From Obrimoposthia wandeli (Eukaryota): 64,000 nt of DNA. Positions 60,729 to 64,000 of the stretch are shown here, one piece after another. How positions within the stretch are numbered: the first letter of the stretch is position 1; every line of letters starts with the position of its first letter. The position numbers and the translations under genes were made by a program. Below the pieces are notes generated by a model. That model did not search any database. It worked only from the letters and a program-made list of their open reading frames with translations, and was not told where the DNA came from. The stretch covers positions 124,001 through 188,000 of the forward strand of contig CDROCS010004085.1 of NCBI GenBank assembly GCA_977020255.1, written 5' to 3'.

Positions 60729-62018
60729 ATGGATATGAAACTGAAAACACTCGCAATTTTATGTTCGACCACAGTTTTAGGTAATATGGCTTTCGTTGGT
60801 TCTTCGATGGCTGCTACTGAAGTTAATTTTTGGTATTCAGGTGGCACAAAGCCGCAGCAAATGATGATCAAAATGATGGACGAATTTAATAACAGCCAAG
60901 ATGAGTATGTTATTAAAGGCGCGCTTCAAGGCAATTATCAAGAGACATTCCAGAAACTGCAAGCGGGAATGGCTTCAAGAACTGCACCTGAAGTCGTATT
61001 ACTGGACTCGACACAAGCAGAATCGATGGCTGGACGTAAGTTGGTGCGTGATTTACGCACTTTTATGGATGATGACTTTAATTTCAACGATTTCTTAAGT
61101 GCATTTCGCCAGCAAGTTACATATCCAAATGGCACCGTTTATGGCTTACCAGCTTACGGTACGACACAGATCTTTTATTATAATAAACAAGTGCTAGCCG
61201 ATAATGGTTTTACCGAAAACGATCTGAAAACGTGGCAAGGCGTAGCCAAAGTATCGCAAGCTGTTACTCAAAAAGATGCAAAGGGCAATACTACCTATTA
61301 TGGCTGGGAGCCAATGTGGGGCAGAAATAACTTAATGGATGCCGCATTATCTAACGGCGCCAAATTTATTAGTGATGATGGTAAAACGGTCTTAATTGAT
61401 TCCCCTGAGTGGGTTGAAGTATGGGATAGCTTTCGCCAGTGGATACATGAAGATAAAATTATGCGTATTCACCATGGCGGTCAAGGTTGGGAATATTGGT
61501 ACAAAACCATTGATGATGTCGTGAAAAATCGTGCTTTAGGTTATACCGGTTCATCGGGTGATCAGGGCGATTTAGATTTCACACAACTGGCTGCAACAAC
61601 CCAACCAGGTTGGGGAGATCATGCTGCAGCACCACAAGCTGGTGCCCAGATTTTTGTGATGCCAACAGGAACAGACGAAGCCGCTGCAAAAGGTGCATTT
61701 GAATTCATGGAATTCTATACTAGTGCAGAAAATACAGCGCGTTGGTCGATGTTTACTGGCTACATTCCTGTACGTGAAAGTGTGAAAAATGTTGCTGACT
61801 ATCAGGCATATACAAAAGCTAACCCGCAAGCATTGATACCACTGTTGCAAGCGGCTACTGCAAGTAAAGATTTCTTAGACCCAACGAATGGCAAAATTAG
61901 CGATGCATTAGCAATTGCTGCGGATCAAGTTCAAATTGAAAATATTCCAGCAGAGAAAGCGCTAAAGCAAGCAGCTAAAAAAGCTCAACGAGCACTGGAC
62001 CGCGCTAACCGTTCATAA
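60729..62018 (+). CDS. ABC solute-binding protein, family 1 (UgpB-like)
   Basis: Signal peptide; EFNNSQ..QGNYQET, YGLPAYGTTQIFYYNK and WSMFTGYIPVR motifs. Confidence 0.9.
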   Translation: MDMKLKTLAILCSTTVLGNMAFVGSSMAATEVNFWYSGGTKPQQMMIKMMDEFNNSQDEYVIKGALQGNYQETFQKLQAGMASRTAPEVVLLDSTQAESMAGRKLVRDLRTFMDDDFNFNDFLSAFRQQVTYPNGTVYGLPAYGTTQIFYYNKQVLADNGFTENDLKTWQGVAKVSQAVTQKDAKGNTTYYGWEPMWGRNNLMDAALSNGAKFISDDGKTVLIDSPEWVEVWDSFRQWIHEDKIMRIHHGGQGWEYWYKTIDDVVKNRALGYTGSSGDQGDLDFTQLAATTQPGWGDHAAAPQAGAQIFVMPTGTDEAAAKGAFEFMEFYTSAENTARWSMFTGYIPVRESVKNVADYQAYTKANPQALIPLLQAATASKDFLDPTNGKISDALAIAADQVQIENIPAEKALKQAAKKAQRALDRANRS

Positions 62019-62040
62019 TAACCCCGATATATCATTCTTT

Positions 62041-62068
62041 AAAAGGCGAGTTAATTACTCGCCTATTT
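62041..62068 (+). terminator. Intercistronic stem-loop after the SBP gene
   Basis: aaaaggcgagt-taatt-actcgcct with a weak U-tail. Confidence 0.55.
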
Positions 62069-62101
62069 CTCTTGCTGATTAAAACAATAAATGGACATGC
62101 C

Positions 62102-63628
62102 ATGTTGAAATTTGATGGTGAGTTGAGCTTTGGACATCAGATATTAAGCTTTGATGTACCTATTGGTACAACTGCGATATCAATTACTGGTACAACTATT
62201 AAAACAGGTTTTCTTTACGGTTATCTATACGATGCAGAGCAGCAGTTACGCGGCAATGTATTGTGGGTGAAAGAGCATAAAAAGTTAGTCATTACCGCTG
62301 ATAGCGCATCTCTTGGCGGTATTGCTGGTAATGTGATGGCTGGTCAGTGGCAACTTCATTTATACAACCTTGAAGGCGAAAATCGCGCACCGAAAGTGAT
62401 GCAATATCAGGTTGATGTTACTTTTGAGTGCGTATCAAAAGCTGATGAGCACGCTAACTTGTTAGGCGTTGCAACCGCGAAGAACCTGATTGCGGATAAT
62501 TCGATTATCTTCGATTACAGCAACATTAAAAACTCAGCATCAAAATGGTATCGGGGCGACCTACATGCTCATACTTTATTGTCTGATGGGCATAATACGT
62601 TAGAAGCAGCAACGCATATTGTTGAGCAGCAAAAGCTAGATTTTTTCTTTCTGACTGAGCACAATATTTGTCACCCTGCTTTGCCTATTTCTGATGAAAC
62701 CCTTATTTTACCGGGTATTGAAGTAACAACTGACCAAGGGCATTTTAATGTTCATGGCCCACGTTGTGGCTTGAATATGTTTAATGCCGCTTACTCGAGT
62801 GACGCATTGATTAAACAAGGTCTTTCACTGGTGGGTGAGCAACAACAAGGCAGTATCAGCATTAATCATCCGATGATGAAACCTTGGCATTGGCATTTTG
62901 ATAGCCTGCAATTATCTGATGTAAATACCATGGAAATTTGTTGCGATCCTACTTGGTCTTCATCGCCAATGGCGACTGAAAAGGCTTTAACAACATTAAG
63001 TGCAATGTGGAATGCTGGGTACCGTATTGCAGGTGTTGGCGGCAGTGATTCCCACCTTGAACCTCATGAGCGCAATCCTAAAGCAACGGAACCATCTATT
63101 TATGGTGATCCTTCTACCTTTGTTTTTTCACATGGCTTAAGTGGTGAAGGAATACTTGCTGGGCTACAGCAAGGGCAGGTGTATATCGAAAGACGCTGCG
63201 GATTATCTTTTAGTTTGAACCAAGGGAATGTATTGCCAGGCCAAAATGTCGGTGAGCAATTTGTTGATTACCACTTAGCAGTAGCAGATGAAGATAACCA
63301 TTATTACGCCGAATGTATTGCCGATGGCGTGGTTATTTCGACACTGCCCATTACCAGTGAAGGCATAGATGTTCATATAAACATGGCTCAGTACATGTGG
63401 GTAAGATTTGATATTCGACGCGGTGTTTTCAGCGATTATGATATCAGCGATTGTGATGCCAGTGAAACTGAAATAGAGACAGAATCTACACATCGGCAGC
63501 AGATACAAAAAGGCGAATTTGAGGGAATGATCAACCCCGTATACAACGGCAATCACCCTCATTATTCTTCGCCAACACTGGCAACATGGGGTGAGCTAAT
63601 GAAGGAAGTCGAACACAATGGAAATTAA
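62102..63628 (+). CDS. PHP-domain metallohydrolase (CehA/McbA-like)
   Basis: GDLHAHT..SDG, TEHN, GIEVTT..GHFN, INHP and GGSDSH motifs. Confidence 0.85.
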   Translation: MLKFDGELSFGHQILSFDVPIGTTAISITGTTIKTGFLYGYLYDAEQQLRGNVLWVKEHKKLVITADSASLGGIAGNVMAGQWQLHLYNLEGENRAPKVMQYQVDVTFECVSKADEHANLLGVATAKNLIADNSIIFDYSNIKNSASKWYRGDLHAHTLLSDGHNTLEAATHIVEQQKLDFFFLTEHNICHPALPISDETLILPGIEVTTDQGHFNVHGPRCGLNMFNAAYSSDALIKQGLSLVGEQQQGSISINHPMMKPWHWHFDSLQLSDVNTMEICCDPTWSSSPMATEKALTTLSAMWNAGYRIAGVGGSDSHLEPHERNPKATEPSIYGDPSTFVFSHGLSGEGILAGLQQGQVYIERRCGLSFSLNQGNVLPGQNVGEQFVDYHLAVADEDNHYYAECIADGVVISTLPITSEGIDVHINMAQYMWVRFDIRRGVFSDYDISDCDASETEIETESTHRQQIQKGEFEGMINPVYNGNHPHYSSPTLATWGELMKEVEHNGN

Positions 63629-64000
63629 AGGATTATTGTTCGATAAAGATGGCACGTTATTAGAGTTTCATCAGATGTGGCTGCGTGTCGCACAGGGCGT
63701 CGCCGCTGATATTAAAGCGATGTATGTGGTCAATAAAATGGTTCATACCACTGAAGTTCAGTTACTTGAAGAGATTGGTGTTTTTGGTGAATACGTCGAT
63801 AATCATGGCTTATTGGCTTCGAACCCCGTTGAAGATACAGCATTGGCTTGGTATGAAATGCTTCAGCTTCAATGTGATTTAAGTGAGTTTACAGCTGTTG
63901 TTAAATCTCGCTTTAACGCACAAGTTGAAGATAACCCCGAGTTAGTACAAACCTTACCGGGCGTAAAAGATAAGCTCATAAAACTGAAACAAAAAGGCTT
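63618..64000 (+). CDS. HAD-family hydrolase, 5' part (runs off window; absent from the ORF track)
   Basis: Hand translation MEIKGLLFDKDGTLLEF... (DxD motif I); open to the window end; start overlaps the PHP gene stop. Confidence 0.88.
   Translation, partial: MEIKGLLFDKDGTLLEFHQMWLRVAQGVAADIKAMYVVNKMVHTTEVQLLEEIGVFGEYVDNHGLLASNPVEDTALAWYEMLQLQCDLSEFTAVVKSRFNAQVEDNPELVQTLPGVKDKLIKLKQKG

Noticed and set aside
1548-63882. Many 60-200 aa ORFs antisense or out of frame within long genes (e.g. 1548-2075, 5534-6130, 6709-7140, 43973-44440)
   Set aside because: Shadows of well-supported genes on the other strand or frame; no independent signals.
1-64000. CRISPR arrays, prophage or defence systems
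   Set aside because: No regularly spaced direct repeats, cas genes, or phage or defence genes were recognised.

Overview
AT-rich Vibrionaceae DNA. The 16S V1 region looks like the Photobacterium phosphoreum group, and the gene content (sstT, moxR/bat, pha, lplA) is typical of Vibrionaceae chromosome II; both are inferences. Left part: end of a cysteine desulfurase-like gene, an NCS2 permease / adenosine-deaminase-family / LysR locus, sstT, a six-gene MoxR-VWA (Bat-like) operon and a phaB-phaA-phaP-phaC operon. Next is one rRNA operon (ITS tRNA-Glu, Val, Ala; trailing tRNA-Asp, Trp) with many lesions at conserved positions, most likely unpolished consensus errors, then a decayed IS5-family remnant. 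The main feature is a ~26.5 kb catechol-siderophore locus with Fur-like boxes: MFS exporter, TonB receptor, entC/E/B-like genes, a C-A(Lys)-T NRPS, entA-like gene, a C-A-T-E-C-T NRPS, a half-C+A(Gly) protein, an ABC importer, a DAHP synthase with a degenerate feedback site and a siderophore-interacting protein. Gene order and hand-read A-domain codes match the Aeromonas amonabactin (amoCEBFAGH) assembly line, which I do not know from Photobacterium. Right part: tag, CDF transporter, Pro-1 tautomerase-like protein, lplA, SMR pump, LysR, and an Ugp-like ABC transporter coupled to PHP and HAD hydrolases that runs off the window. No CRISPR array, prophage or integrase was seen.
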